A stretch of DNA of 64,000 bases from an uncultured Pseudomonadota bacterium (GCA_963749075.1 CAVVLJ010000002.1:104232-168231), one strand, 5' to 3'. Positions 7,959 to 18,068 are shown, counted from the stretch's first letter. Made by a program: numbers and translations. The notes: a model not told the origin generated them from the sequence alone.

Positions 7959-9098
7959 ATGCGAAGCTACAACAAGTACATCTTCAAGCAGCTCTCCGTG
8001 GCGATGCTGTTCGTCAGCTTCTGCCTGACCTGCGCCATCTGGCTCACCCAGTCGCTGCGCTACATCGAGCTCATCGTCAAGCACGGCATCTCGCTCGGCA
8101 CCTTTCTCTATCTCACGCTCCTGCTGCTGCCGGGCTTTCTCTCGATCGTGCTGCCGGTGGCGCTCTTCTCCTCGGTGCTCTTCACCTACAACAAGCTATG
8201 GATGGACCGCGAGCTCGTGGTGCTGCGCGCGGTCGGCGTGAGCCAGGCCTCGCTCGCGGCACCGGCGCTCCTGATGGCGACGCTCGTCATGCTCGTCGGC
8301 TATGCGCTCAATCTCTATTTCATGCCGGCGGCCTACCGCAACTTCAAGGACATGGAATTCGCCATCCGCAACGATTTCTCGGCGGTCCTGCTGCAGGAGG
8401 GCAAGTTCAACACGCTCGGCGACGGCCTCACCATCTACGTGCGCCAGCGGGCGCCCAACGGCGAGCTCCTCGGCATCCTCGTGCACGACGTGCGCACGCC
8501 GACGAAGCCCGTCACCTACATCGCAGAGCGCGGCGCCGTGGTACCCTCGCCGTCGGGCCCGCGCGTCGTGCTCTTCGACGGCAACCGCCAGGCGATCGAG
8601 CGCACGGACGGCCATCTGTCGCTGCTTTATTTCGACAAGTACAGCGTCGATCTCGACTGGCTGTCGAGCGGGCTGCAGCCGCGCTGGCGGCGGGCCGACG
8701 AGCGCTTTCTCGGCGAGCTGCTCAATCCCAACGTGAACGACCCCGACGACCGGCTCAATGCCGTCCGCTTCCTCGTCGAGGCCAATCAGCGCCTGGTGAG
8801 CCCGTGGTACGCCATCGCCTTCACGCTCATCGGGCTGGCGGCACTGCTCTCGGGCGACTTCAACCGGCAGGGCCAGACGCTGCGCGTCATCGCCGCCGTG
8901 GCCGCCGTCGTGCTCCTCGAATCGACGTCGATCAGCAGCCAGAGCTTTGCGCTCAAGGACTTCTATCTCCTGCCGCTCGTCTATCTCAATTGCCTGGTGC
9001 CGCTCGTCGCCGGCGCCATCTATCTCTTGTATCCGCCGATGCGGCGTCCGATCGCACCGGTGGAGCCGGAAGACCCCTCGCTCGCCCGCGGCACGTGA
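7959..9098 (+). CDS. lptF: LPS export ABC transporter permease LptF
   Basis: WLTQSLRYIE...DRELVVLRAVGVS motifs of the YjgP/YjgQ family, alphaproteobacterial LptF type. Confidence 0.85.
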   Translation: MRSYNKYIFKQLSVAMLFVSFCLTCAIWLTQSLRYIELIVKHGISLGTFLYLTLLLLPGFLSIVLPVALFSSVLFTYNKLWMDRELVVLRAVGVSQASLAAPALLMATLVMLVGYALNLYFMPAAYRNFKDMEFAIRNDFSAVLLQEGKFNTLGDGLTIYVRQRAPNGELLGILVHDVRTPTKPVTYIAERGAVVPSPSGPRVVLFDGNRQAIERTDGHLSLLYFDKYSVDLDWLSSGLQPRWRRADERFLGELLNPNVNDPDDRLNAVRFLVEANQRLVSPWYAIAFTLIGLAALLSGDFNRQGQTLRVIAAVAAVVLLESTSISSQSFALKDFYLLPLVYLNCLVPLVAGAIYLLYPPMRRPIAPVEPEDPSLARGT

Positions 9099-9121
9099 GC
9101 AGCCCCGCCGCGGCGCGGCGC

Positions 9122-10126
9122 TCAGGCGAAGACCAGCCGCTCGCCGATCTTGAGGCGCTCCGCCTTCTCGAGGAGCGCGTGGCCGAGGGCTATGTCGGTG
9201 ATCCCCAGGCCGCGATGCCAGAGGAGGATGGTCTCGCTCTCCGCCTCGCGGCCGGGCCTGAGGCCGGCCACGATCGCCGAGAGCTCGGCGTGGAGCGTGG
9301 CTTCCGAGAGCTTGCCCGCCTCGACGTGGGCGCGCAAGGAGCCGAACTGGCCGCTGCGGCATTGCCCCCAATCGTCGACCACCATCTTGTCCATGATATC
9401 CGTGAGCGCGAGCTCGACGGCGCTCATGGTGCCATAGGGTACCACGAGTGCTGAGGGCTTGATCCAGGCGGTCTTGAGGAGGGGCTCGGGACGCACCAGG
9501 CGCGAGGCCTCGACCACTATGTCGGCGCCTCTGACGCAGCTCTCCCAATCCGCGCACACGGTCACGGGCTTCCCCAAATCTTGCGTCAGCTTGGCGGCGA
9601 AGGCCTCGCGGCTTTCCGGCCGGCGCGAGTGCACGCGGATCTCCGCGAAATGGAAGAGGTGATCGAGGAGCCGCACGTTCCAGTAGGCGGTCCCCCGCGC
9701 GCCGATGTGGGCGAGCACCCGGCTCCCGTGCCGCGCCAGATATTTGGCGCCGACCGCCGTCACCGCACCCGTGCGCATGTCCGTGATCGCCGTCGCGTCG
9801 ACCACCGCCTTCGGCATCCCGGTCGCGGGATCGAAGAGGTTGAGGAGCGCCATCTCGGACGGCAGGCCGAGCTTGTAGTTCTCGACGTAGTCGCCCACCA
9901 CCTTGACGCCGGCGAGCCCGAGCGGCTTGACGTAGCCGCGCAGCACGTTGAAGTGGCCGTGCACCTTCGGGTCGGGCACCAGGTGCACGCGCGGCTCGAC
10001 CACGGTCTGGCCCAGGCCGTGGGCGCGCAGCACGGCCTCCACCGCGTCGAGTATCTCGTCGTCGGTCAGCGCGAGCTCGGCGACGTGGCGGGCATTGAGA
10101 TAGGCGATGTGGATCGCTTGCATCAC
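9122..10126 (-). CDS. Ornithine cyclodeaminase / mu-crystallin family protein
   Basis: GVKVV, TDMRTGA, IGARGTA Rossmann motif, GLGITDIA C-terminus. Confidence 0.9.
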   Translation of the reverse strand: MMQAIHIAYLNARHVAELALTDDEILDAVEAVLRAHGLGQTVVEPRVHLVPDPKVHGHFNVLRGYVKPLGLAGVKVVGDYVENYKLGLPSEMALLNLFDPATGMPKAVVDATAITDMRTGAVTAVGAKYLARHGSRVLAHIGARGTAYWNVRLLDHLFHFAEIRVHSRRPESREAFAAKLTQDLGKPVTVCADWESCVRGADIVVEASRLVRPEPLLKTAWIKPSALVVPYGTMSAVELALTDIMDKMVVDDWGQCRSGQFGSLRAHVEAGKLSEATLHAELSAIVAGLRPGREAESETILLWHRGLGITDIALGHALLEKAERLKIGERLVFA

Positions 10127-10135
10127 GCCGCTCCG
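10065..10135. repeat. 71-bp direct repeat, copy 1 (target duplication flanking the RM gene)
   Basis: GTCAGCGCGAGCTC...GCATCACGCCGCTCCG; 69/71 identical to 13123-13193. Confidence 0.95.
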
Positions 10136-13062
10136 CCGTTTTCTTGGACCGCTGCGCGATCGCGAGCCAAGTTGAGTTCCAAAAGCCGCATGAGCACTTC
10201 GTCTTTACCGAGCTCCATAGGCCAGCCGTAAGCCGCAGCTACGGCCTCGTCCAATGCGCGGTGCGCATCTGCAAGCCACTGCGGACGGGCATTGTAGAGA
10301 TTCGTGAGGGTGCGCTTACGTAGCTCCCGCTCCGCCTTCGGACCGAGCGGTATTTTCCGATCCGGAAGGCCCGGTACGACCTCCGGCTCGCTCCGCTGCG
10401 TATCCTCTGGATTGAGCCAGGTCTCCCGCAGCTCGTTCAGCCGCCGCGCAGCCGACGCGATTTTGGTCGCCCGCGGTTCGACAATGAAGCTCGCGGCCGG
10501 AATGTTGGGTGAAAGTCCTTCGGGGAACGGGAATGTTTCGAACGTCGTCGAAGGCGTGTATCGCGGCCGATCCTCAAGGCTGGTCCCCATCCGCAACGAC
10601 CATAGTTCGTGAAAACGAGAATGGAGTATCCCAAAGGTCGTATCGTCATCTCGGGCGCAAATGATAAGCTGGCTGTCTGGCATGATCGCGGCCGGCATCC
10701 ACACGAAAAGGCGATGTTTCGCCACGCGTGGAGTCGCTATGTAGCGCGAGAGGCCCGCCAAGGCACGCCGCATCGAAACCCGTGGCTCGACGAACCGCCA
10801 CCAATAAACTCTGTAAGCCTCGCGACGGTTCTTCTTGCGGTCGGGCCAAACCACCTTCTTCACATATTCGAATGGCGCCTCGTACAGCGACGCCTCGGCT
10901 TGGCTCATATCCGTTCCGAAATCGATAATCCATTTGCCCGCAGGCCAACGGGTATTATCCATGCCGTTGGCCCACGGTTTCACGACGTCAGCGTTGGGCC
11001 GGCCATTGGGGTTGAGCGGCAAGGCGAGCCATTCGCGAGCGAGTTGGCCGGGTATGTCGAAGCCGCCACCTTTCGTGGTACCCATGAATGAGATGCCGCG
11101 ATTCTCCGCCAGGCTGCAAGCCTTGGTCAAATCAAGGGCGTCTTCGCTCGCTTGTTTCTGCGCCGTCAGGTCGGAATAGATCTCCGCGACTTCAGCGCCG
11201 TCCAGTCTGGGTGGCTCTCCTGCGAGTTGGTCCTTGGGCGTAAAGCATATGAGCGACACGCGCACGGCTACGCCCTTGATGACCCATTTCTCATCCGACC
11301 ATGCCTCAAAGATGGTCGCGGTGTCGCGGATTCGGTCCAGCGTTCGCCGATTGGCGCCACCGCGTATCGAATTCGTTGCAACGAGCCCCGCGCGGCGGAC
11401 GCGTCCGCCTTCCATCATGGCACGCGCCTTCTCGAACCAGTACACCACGAGGTCGGAATTGCGGGAGACACGTCCCTCGAAGGCCGTCCGTAGCCGAGTC
11501 ACGTAATCCTCGCGTAGCGTTCCGATCATTCGCTTATTGCCGAGGAAAGGCGGATTTCCGATGATGAAGTCAGCCTCCGGCCAGGATGCCTCCCACGACC
11601 CCGAGCTCAGGATCGCATCGCGGCACTGGATGCCTTCGAGCACATCCAGAATCGGGCGGCGCCTCACTGCAATGCCGTTTCGCAATTGCCATTGAAGCTC
11701 GCCGATCCAGATCGTGACGCGCGCGAGCTCGGCGGCATATGGGTTGATCTCGATGCCCATAACAGCTTTCGGACCGATACGTTGGCCGTCGGCCGGCAGA
11801 CCCATGGCCTGGGCTTCTTGGCTGACGGCAAGATCGAAATTCTTCAAGTGAAAGAGTGCCAGATAGAGGAAGTTTCCCGAGCCGCAAGCCGGGTCTAGAA
11901 CGCGGATTTTCCCGAGGCGCTTGCGAAATTCGAGATATCGCTTCTCCCGCGCAGGCGCCTTGAGCTTCGCGATTTCACTTTTGAGCGCCGTCCATTCGTC
12001 GCGCAGGGGGCGCAGCACAACCGGCTCGATGATCTTCATGATCGTCGCCGGATCGGTGTAATGGACGCCGACCCCACGGTCGGCCGCGGCCTTCTTAAAG
12101 GGAAGCGTTGCAGTGAATCGGCTGTCGTCCTCCAAGGGCTCGTCGAAAAGGCTCGCCATCTCCTTACGGCGTTTGGGGTCGAGCCCGACCTCGAACAACG
12201 TGCCGTAGATGGAAGGCTCAATGGCCAACCAATCGAGACGAGCAGCCACTGCAAGCCTGCGAATGTCGAAAAATTTAAGGGGCAGAACGTCGTCGTCGTC
12301 GAAGAGGCCGCCATTGAACCAGGGTATCGGTGTTCTCCCAAATCGCCCCTTGTCCGAGCGCATCGCTGCGAAAAGCTCACGCAGCATGTCCGTGCAATCA
12401 TCCGGTCTCTTGGTTGATGCCTCCACGATTTCGGCGAAGACACGGTCCGGCAGTAGCCCGATGTCCTCAACGAACATGCTGAAAATGAGCTTATTGAGAA
12501 AATGCGCGATGCGCCGAGGATCGAAGCCGCGCGCGGCAAGTTGCTGGGCGATCGTGGCGAAGGCGCGCGCGGCTTCGGCCGTAACGGCTTCGCGCGTCTT
12601 GTTGGGGCGCAAATAATCTGGATTGGTAAATGCCCACTCGAGGAGCCGCACCTTCTCGGGACTCCGCAGGTCCGCGAGGCCGATTATGTGAGTTTGTACG
12701 ATGGAATTTGTAAAATTCGTGTGGATACGAATTTCTTTCATGTCAGAAACGATCAGGATCGGGGGGTTCTCCAGCGCATCCGAATATTCCTTCAATTGGC
12801 TGTATGCCTTGACGAGACTCGATTTCTTTCCCTTGTACTCCCAGGCAAAGCATCCCTTCTTCCATACGTCAACGCGGCCAGGCCGTCCGTCGTTCTTCAG
12901 CAGCGATTTCTCGAAGGTGAAGCTCTTGCCGGTCGGGTCGGCCTTTGCCGGGGCTTCGACGCCGAGAAGTTCGCAGAGATCGAGGAAATGCTCTTTCGAG
13001 GCGGCCGACTCCGAAAGCTCGGCTTTGCCCCATTTCTCGATGAATTCCTGTGTCGTGATCAT
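10123..13062 (-). CDS. MmeI-like type IIL/IIG fused restriction endonuclease-N6-adenine methyltransferase
   Basis: N-terminal VDVWKKGCFAWEYKG (D...ExK nuclease), DPACGSGNF motif I, GNPPF motif IV, RYTPSTTFETFPFP and RTLTNLYN C-terminal region; lower GC than flanks. Confidence 0.9.
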   Translation of the reverse strand: MITTQEFIEKWGKAELSESAASKEHFLDLCELLGVEAPAKADPTGKSFTFEKSLLKNDGRPGRVDVWKKGCFAWEYKGKKSSLVKAYSQLKEYSDALENPPILIVSDMKEIRIHTNFTNSIVQTHIIGLADLRSPEKVRLLEWAFTNPDYLRPNKTREAVTAEAARAFATIAQQLAARGFDPRRIAHFLNKLIFSMFVEDIGLLPDRVFAEIVEASTKRPDDCTDMLRELFAAMRSDKGRFGRTPIPWFNGGLFDDDDVLPLKFFDIRRLAVAARLDWLAIEPSIYGTLFEVGLDPKRRKEMASLFDEPLEDDSRFTATLPFKKAAADRGVGVHYTDPATIMKIIEPVVLRPLRDEWTALKSEIAKLKAPAREKRYLEFRKRLGKIRVLDPACGSGNFLYLALFHLKNFDLAVSQEAQAMGLPADGQRIGPKAVMGIEINPYAAELARVTIWIGELQWQLRNGIAVRRRPILDVLEGIQCRDAILSSGSWEASWPEADFIIGNPPFLGNKRMIGTLREDYVTRLRTAFEGRVSRNSDLVVYWFEKARAMMEGGRVRRAGLVATNSIRGGANRRTLDRIRDTATIFEAWSDEKWVIKGVAVRVSLICFTPKDQLAGEPPRLDGAEVAEIYSDLTAQKQASEDALDLTKACSLAENRGISFMGTTKGGGFDIPGQLAREWLALPLNPNGRPNADVVKPWANGMDNTRWPAGKWIIDFGTDMSQAEASLYEAPFEYVKKVVWPDRKKNRREAYRVYWWRFVEPRVSMRRALAGLSRYIATPRVAKHRLFVWMPAAIMPDSQLIICARDDDTTFGILHSRFHELWSLRMGTSLEDRPRYTPSTTFETFPFPEGLSPNIPAASFIVEPRATKIASAARRLNELRETWLNPEDTQRSEPEVVPGLPDRKIPLGPKAERELRKRTLTNLYNARPQWLADAHRALDEAVAAAYGWPMELGKDEVLMRLLELNLARDRAAVQENGGAA

Positions 13063-13122
13063 ATGATTTGCGGAATGCGTCAGCGGGCGTGGCTGAGAAA
13101 GACACCCACGAACAAAAGGCCC

Positions 13123-13193
13123 GTCAGCGCGAGCTCCGCGATGTGGCGGGCATTGAGATAGGCGATGTGGATCGCTTGCATCACGCCGCTCCG
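13123..13193. repeat. 71-bp direct repeat, copy 2
   Basis: Contains the HAL-like stop codon and a duplicate of the first ~20 OCD codons. Confidence 0.95.
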
Positions 13194-14740
13194 AGGTGTT
13201 GCTGCACCACTTCCTTGAGCCGGCCGCCCGCGACGGCTGCGGCGAGCCGCTCGATGTCCGGCGCCAGGATGCGGTCCTCGTCGAGCGTCGGCACTAGGGC
13301 GCGCACGGCGCCGTAGACGGCGGCCATGACGGCTCCGAGGGGCGCGGGCCGGAGGTCGAGCGCCTGCGCCGCCACCATGAGCTCTATCGCGGCGAGCCAG
13401 TGGAGGCGCCCCACGATCTCGGCGGTCTTCTCGACGACGCGCGGCGCCATGGTGGCATGGTCCTCGACGCGCTCGGCGGTGTTGATGACGCCCAGGGAAG
13501 CGGGCTGGGCGAGGGCGCGGATCTCGGCCTCAAGCGCCGCGAGCGGCTTCGCCACGGCGGCGAAGCCGGTGCGCGTCTGGCCGCGCGGCGAGAGGAAGCG
13601 GGGAAGCTCGCTGAAGGCGGGCGAGAGGAGCTTGAGCGTGCGCTCGGCGGAGAGTGCGGCCAAGTGGGCGAGGGCCTGGCCGAGGTGCTCGAAGGCGAGC
13701 GCCAATGCGGTCACGTCGAAGTTGGCGGTCGACAGCATGATGAATTCGTCGCTCAGCACGAGCGGGCTGTCGCCGGCGCCGTTGAGCTCGATCTCGACCG
13801 CGTGGCGCGCCTGGGCGAGGGCGTCGAGTACCGCACCGAGCACGGGTGCCGTGCAGCGCAGGCTCAAGGGGTCCTGGAGGCGGCGCGCCGCACCCGGCTG
13901 CCACAAGGCGCTGCCGGCTAGAAGGGCGGTGAGCCGCTCGCTTGCCGCCCGCTGGCCGGGAGCCTCGCGGGCCGCAACGGCGCGCGGATGGAGCGGGCTC
14001 AGATTGGCGCGGAAGCCCTCGAAGCTGAGCGCTGCGGCGACGGCGAGCGCCTCCACCGCCGCCTCCGCGTCGATCGCGGCAAGCGCTCCCGGGCCGACCG
14101 AGGCGGCATTTGCGCTGATCAGCGCCAGCCCGTCCTTGGCACCGAGGACGACGGGTGCCAGGCCCGCCCGCCGCAAGGCCTCGGCGCTCGGCAGGGTGTC
14201 GCCGCGGTACTCCGCCTCGCCCTCGCCGAGGAGCGTGAGTGCCACGTGCGCCAGCTGCGGCAGGTTGGCCATGCCGATCGAGCCCTTGCCCGGCACCCGC
14301 GGATGCACGCCGGCATTGACGAGGGCGATGAGTGCCTCGAGCACGTGGGGCGACACGCCGGAGCCGCCCGCCGCCATCCCCGCGGCGCGCGCCGCCATGA
14401 CGGCGCGCACGGCCTCGCGCGCGAGCGGCGCTCCGAGCGCCACGCTGCGGCTCAGCACGAGCCGGCGCTGGGCGGCGGCCAGCTCGGCGAGCGGCAGGCG
14501 CGTATCCACGTTGGCGCCGAGGCCGGTGGTGAGGCCGTAGACGGGGGCGTCTTCGGCGGCGAGCCGGTCGACGACCGCCCGCGCCGCCTCGACGCGGGTG
14601 CGCGCGGCGCTGCCGAGGGCGAGCCCGGCGCCGCCCCGCGCCACCGCTGCTACGGCTTCGACGCCGAGTGCCTCCTCGCCGAGCCGCACGATGCCGGCAT
14701 CCGAGCGGTGCTGCGCCGCGGCATCGAGACCGACCGTCAT
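13181..14740 (-). CDS. Histidine/aromatic amino acid ammonia-lyase family protein lacking the ASG (MIO) motif
   Basis: VYGLTTGLG, KDGLALIS, QDPLSLRC, VEDH motifs; GSIGMANL where GSVGASGDL is expected. Confidence 0.85.
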   Translation of the reverse strand: MTVGLDAAAQHRSDAGIVRLGEEALGVEAVAAVARGGAGLALGSAARTRVEAARAVVDRLAAEDAPVYGLTTGLGANVDTRLPLAELAAAQRRLVLSRSVALGAPLAREAVRAVMAARAAGMAAGGSGVSPHVLEALIALVNAGVHPRVPGKGSIGMANLPQLAHVALTLLGEGEAEYRGDTLPSAEALRRAGLAPVVLGAKDGLALISANAASVGPGALAAIDAEAAVEALAVAAALSFEGFRANLSPLHPRAVAAREAPGQRAASERLTALLAGSALWQPGAARRLQDPLSLRCTAPVLGAVLDALAQARHAVEIELNGAGDSPLVLSDEFIMLSTANFDVTALALAFEHLGQALAHLAALSAERTLKLLSPAFSELPRFLSPRGQTRTGFAAVAKPLAALEAEIRALAQPASLGVINTAERVEDHATMAPRVVEKTAEIVGRLHWLAAIELMVAAQALDLRPAPLGAVMAAVYGAVRALVPTLDEDRILAPDIERLAAAVAGGRLKEVVQQHLGAA

Positions 14741-14859
14741 GCCCCCGTCCCTCCCGCCGCTTGCGGTGCCAATGCATGTTGGACGGGCCATCGAGCCATG
14801 GTCAAGGCCGCTCTCTCGTGGTTTGATAGTGCTGCATGGGCGAATGAGAGGACGAACGG

Positions 14860-16329
14860 ATGCCTGACTACGATCTCGTCGTGCGAGGCGGGACGCTGGC
14901 GACCGCGGCCGACGTGGTGCGCGCCGACATCGGCGTCAAGGACGGGCGCGTCGTGATGCTCGGGGAGAAGCTCGGCCGCGGCGTGCGCGAGATCGACGCG
15001 GGCGGCAAGCTCGTGCTCCCCGGCGGCATCGACAGCCACTGCCACATCGAGCAGAAGTCGTCCTTGGGCGTGATGACCGCCGACGATTTCTTCACCGGCA
15101 CCCGCTCTGCAGCTTGCGGCGGCACCACCACGATCATCCCCTTCGCCGCCCAGCATCGCGGCATGTCGATCCGCGAGGTCGTCAAGGACTACCACGCCGC
15201 GGCCGGGCCCAAGGCCGCCGTCGACTACGCCTTCCATCTCATCATCTCGGACCCGACCGAGCAGGTGCTCGGCCAGGAGCTGCCGGCGCTCATCCGCGAC
15301 GGCTACACCTCGTTCAAGATCTACATGACCTATGACGCGCTCAAGCTCGACGACCGCCAGACGCTCGAGGTGCTGGCGCTGGCCCGGCGCGAGGGCGCCC
15401 TCGTCATGGTGCATGCCGAGAACCACGACATCATCGCCTGGCTTGCCGAGCGCCTCCTCGCCGCCGGCCTCGCGGCACCCAAGTTCCACGCCATAGCCCA
15501 CGTCAAGACCGCCGAGCGCGAGGCCACCCACCGCGCCATCAGCCTGGCGGAGCTGATCGACGTGCCGGTCCTCATCGTGCACGTCTCGGCAGAGGAGGCG
15601 ATCGAGCAGATCCGCTGGGCGCAGTCGCGCGGCCTCAAGGTCTATGGCGAGACCTGCCCGCAGTATCTTTTCCTCACCGAGGACGATCTCGACCGTCCCG
15701 GCTTCGAGGGGGCGAAATTCATGTGCAGCCCGCCGCCGCGCGACAAGGCGAACCAGGAGGCGGTGTGGCGCGGCCTGGCTGGCGGCGTCTTCCAGGTCTT
15801 CTCCTCGGACCACGCGGCCTACCGCTACAACGATCCCGAGGGCAAGATGAAGCACGGCAGCTCAGCACCCTTCAAGAAGGTGGCGAACGGCGTCCCCGGC
15901 CTCGAGGTGCGCCTGCCGCTCCTCTTCTCCGAAGGGGTGGGGAAGGGCCGCATCGAGCTCACCCAGTTCGTGGCACTCGCTGCGACGAACGCCGCGAAGC
16001 TCTACGGCATCTATCCGCAGAAGGGCACCATCGCGATAGGCTCGGACGCAGATTTCGCCATCTGGGATCCGGAGCGGGAAGTGACCATCAGCCAGGCGAT
16101 GCTGCACGATGCCATGGACTACACGCCCTACGAGGGGATGACGGTCAAGGGCTGGCCGGTGACCACCATCCTGCGCGGCGAGCCGGTCGCCGACGGCGGC
16201 GAGTTCCTGGGCTCAGCCGGCAAGGGCCGCTTCCTCAAATGCGGCCACTCGCCCGCGGCGCGCCCGCTTGGCCGTGCGGTCACGCGCTTCGATGCCGTCG
16301 CCGGCCGGCTCTCCGATGCGGACGGCTGA
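14860..16329 (+). CDS. hydA: Dihydropyrimidinase / D-hydantoinase
   Basis: PGGIDSHCH, SFKIYMTY, VHAEN, ETCPQY, CSPP, SSDH. Confidence 0.92.
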   Translation: MPDYDLVVRGGTLATAADVVRADIGVKDGRVVMLGEKLGRGVREIDAGGKLVLPGGIDSHCHIEQKSSLGVMTADDFFTGTRSAACGGTTTIIPFAAQHRGMSIREVVKDYHAAAGPKAAVDYAFHLIISDPTEQVLGQELPALIRDGYTSFKIYMTYDALKLDDRQTLEVLALARREGALVMVHAENHDIIAWLAERLLAAGLAAPKFHAIAHVKTAEREATHRAISLAELIDVPVLIVHVSAEEAIEQIRWAQSRGLKVYGETCPQYLFLTEDDLDRPGFEGAKFMCSPPPRDKANQEAVWRGLAGGVFQVFSSDHAAYRYNDPEGKMKHGSSAPFKKVANGVPGLEVRLPLLFSEGVGKGRIELTQFVALAATNAAKLYGIYPQKGTIAIGSDADFAIWDPEREVTISQAMLHDAMDYTPYEGMTVKGWPVTTILRGEPVADGGEFLGSAGKGRFLKCGHSPAARPLGRAVTRFDAVAGRLSDADG

Positions 16330-16343
16330 AGAGAGAGATTTAG

Positions 16344-16425
16344 CGCGGAGGACGCCGAGGATTAGCAGGGCGCGCGGTGGTATGATAATTACCGCGCCCT
16401 CCGCGAAACCTCGGCGTCGTCTGCG
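16344..16425. repeat. Intergenic inverted repeat (REP-like, CGCGGAGGACGCCGAGG family)
   Basis: CGCGGAGGACGCCGAGG ... CCTCGGCGTCGTCTGCG with a nested inner stem. Confidence 0.6.
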
Positions 16426-16481
16426 TTGAATGCTTGCAAACTGGAGCGGATCCGTGATGGCAATGCAGTGGAAATTGGACC

Positions 16482-17420
16482 ATGGCGCGTAAGCTCACGA
16501 TCGGCGCTGCCCAGCTCGGCCCCATCGCGCGCGAGGAGAGCCGCCAGGCGGTGGTCAAGCGGCTCCTCGATCTCTTGCACCAGGCCCATGCCCGCGGCTG
16601 CGAGCTCGTGGTCTATCCCGAGATGGCGCTCACCACCTTCTTCCCGCGCTGGTACATGACGGATGAGGCGGAGGTCGACGCCTTCTTCGAGCGCGAGATG
16701 CCGAACGCGGCGACGCGGCCGCTCTTCGAGGAGGCGCGCCGCCTCGGCATCGGCTTCTATCTTGGCTATGCCGAGCTCGCGGAGGAGGGCGGCAGGAGGC
16801 GGCGCTTCAATACCTCGATCCTCGTCGGCCGCGACGGCAAGCTCGTCGGCAAATACCGCAAGATCCATCTCCCGGGCCACGCCGAGCACGAGCCCGCGCG
16901 CCCGTTCCAGCATCTCGAGAAGCGCTATTACGAGGTGGGCAACCTCGGCTGGCCGGTGTGGCGCGCCTTCGGCGGCGTCGTCGGCATGTGCATCTGCAAC
17001 GACCGGCGCTGGCCCGAGACCTACCGCGTCATGGGCCTCCAGGGCGTCGAGCTCGTCATGCTCGGCTTCAACACGCCCGAGATCAACGCCGCGATCCCCG
17101 AGCCCTCGCACCACCGCATGCTGCACCACCTGCTCTCCATCCAGTCGGGCGCCTACCAGAACGGCACCTGGGTGGTCGCCGTCGCCAAGGCGGGGGTCGA
17201 GGAGGGCTGCATGCTGATCGGCGGCACCGCCGTGGTGTCGCCCGCGGGCGAGGTCGTGGCGCTCGCCTCGACGCTCGGCGACGAGCTCGTCGTCCACGAC
17301 ATCGACCTCGACGCCTGCCGGCCGATCAAGGACACGGTATTCAATTTCGCCAAGCACCGCCGGCCCGAGCACTATCGGCTCATCGTCGAGCGCACGGGAG
17401 CAGAGCCGCCGCCCGAGTGA
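16482..17420 (+). CDS. N-carbamoyl-D-amino-acid amidohydrolase (D-carbamoylase, nitrilase superfamily)
   Basis: PEMALTTFFPRW, YRKIHLPGH, ICNDRRWPE: E-K-C triad. Confidence 0.92.
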   Translation: MARKLTIGAAQLGPIAREESRQAVVKRLLDLLHQAHARGCELVVYPEMALTTFFPRWYMTDEAEVDAFFEREMPNAATRPLFEEARRLGIGFYLGYAELAEEGGRRRRFNTSILVGRDGKLVGKYRKIHLPGHAEHEPARPFQHLEKRYYEVGNLGWPVWRAFGGVVGMCICNDRRWPETYRVMGLQGVELVMLGFNTPEINAAIPEPSHHRMLHHLLSIQSGAYQNGTWVVAVAKAGVEEGCMLIGGTAVVSPAGEVVALASTLGDELVVHDIDLDACRPIKDTVFNFAKHRRPEHYRLIVERTGAEPPPE

Positions 17421-17426
17421 GGAGCC

Positions 17427-18068
17427 ATGGAATTCGATCTCTCGAGCCTGCCGAGCGCGGAGGCCTACGCCCTTCTCATCGGCGTCGTGGTGCCGCGGCC
17501 GATCGCCTTCGTGACGACGCTCGGTCCTGACGGCAAGGTGAACGCTGCCCCTTTCAGCTTCTTCAACATGCTGTCCAACGATCCGGCGATCGTGGCCTTG
17601 GGCCTCGGTGCGCGGCCCGAGGGACCGCTCAAGGACACCGCGCGCAACATCGACGAGACGCAGGAATTCGTCGTCAACATGGTCGACGAGGAGATCGCGG
17701 AGGCCATGGTGCGCTGCGCCACCGACTTTCCTTTCGGCATGGAGGAGCTGACGATCGCCGGCCTCGACCCGGCGCCCTCGCGCATCGTGAAGCCGCCGCG
17801 CATCGCCCAATCCCCCATCAACCTCGAATGCACCCGCCACATGACGCTCGAGTTCGGCAAGCGGCGCAGCATCATCCTGGGCGAGGTGCGGCACCTCCAC
17901 ATCCGCGACGATCTCCTCGATGCCGGACGCCGCCGCGTGCGCCAGGAGCGCCTGCGCCTCGTGGCGCGCCTCGGCGGCCACGGCTATTGCCGCATGCGCG
18001 ACCAGTTCGAGATCAGGCGCGAGAGCTACGCGAGCTGGCTCGCGCGCCAGCCGGCGACGGCGAAATGA
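17427..18068 (+). CDS. Flavin reductase-like FMN-binding protein
   Basis: PRPIAFVTT, NAAPFSFFN, KDTARNI, RLGG. Confidence 0.85.
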   Translation: MEFDLSSLPSAEAYALLIGVVVPRPIAFVTTLGPDGKVNAAPFSFFNMLSNDPAIVALGLGARPEGPLKDTARNIDETQEFVVNMVDEEIAEAMVRCATDFPFGMEELTIAGLDPAPSRIVKPPRIAQSPINLECTRHMTLEFGKRRSIILGEVRHLHIRDDLLDAGRRRVRQERLRLVARLGGHGYCRMRDQFEIRRESYASWLARQPATAK

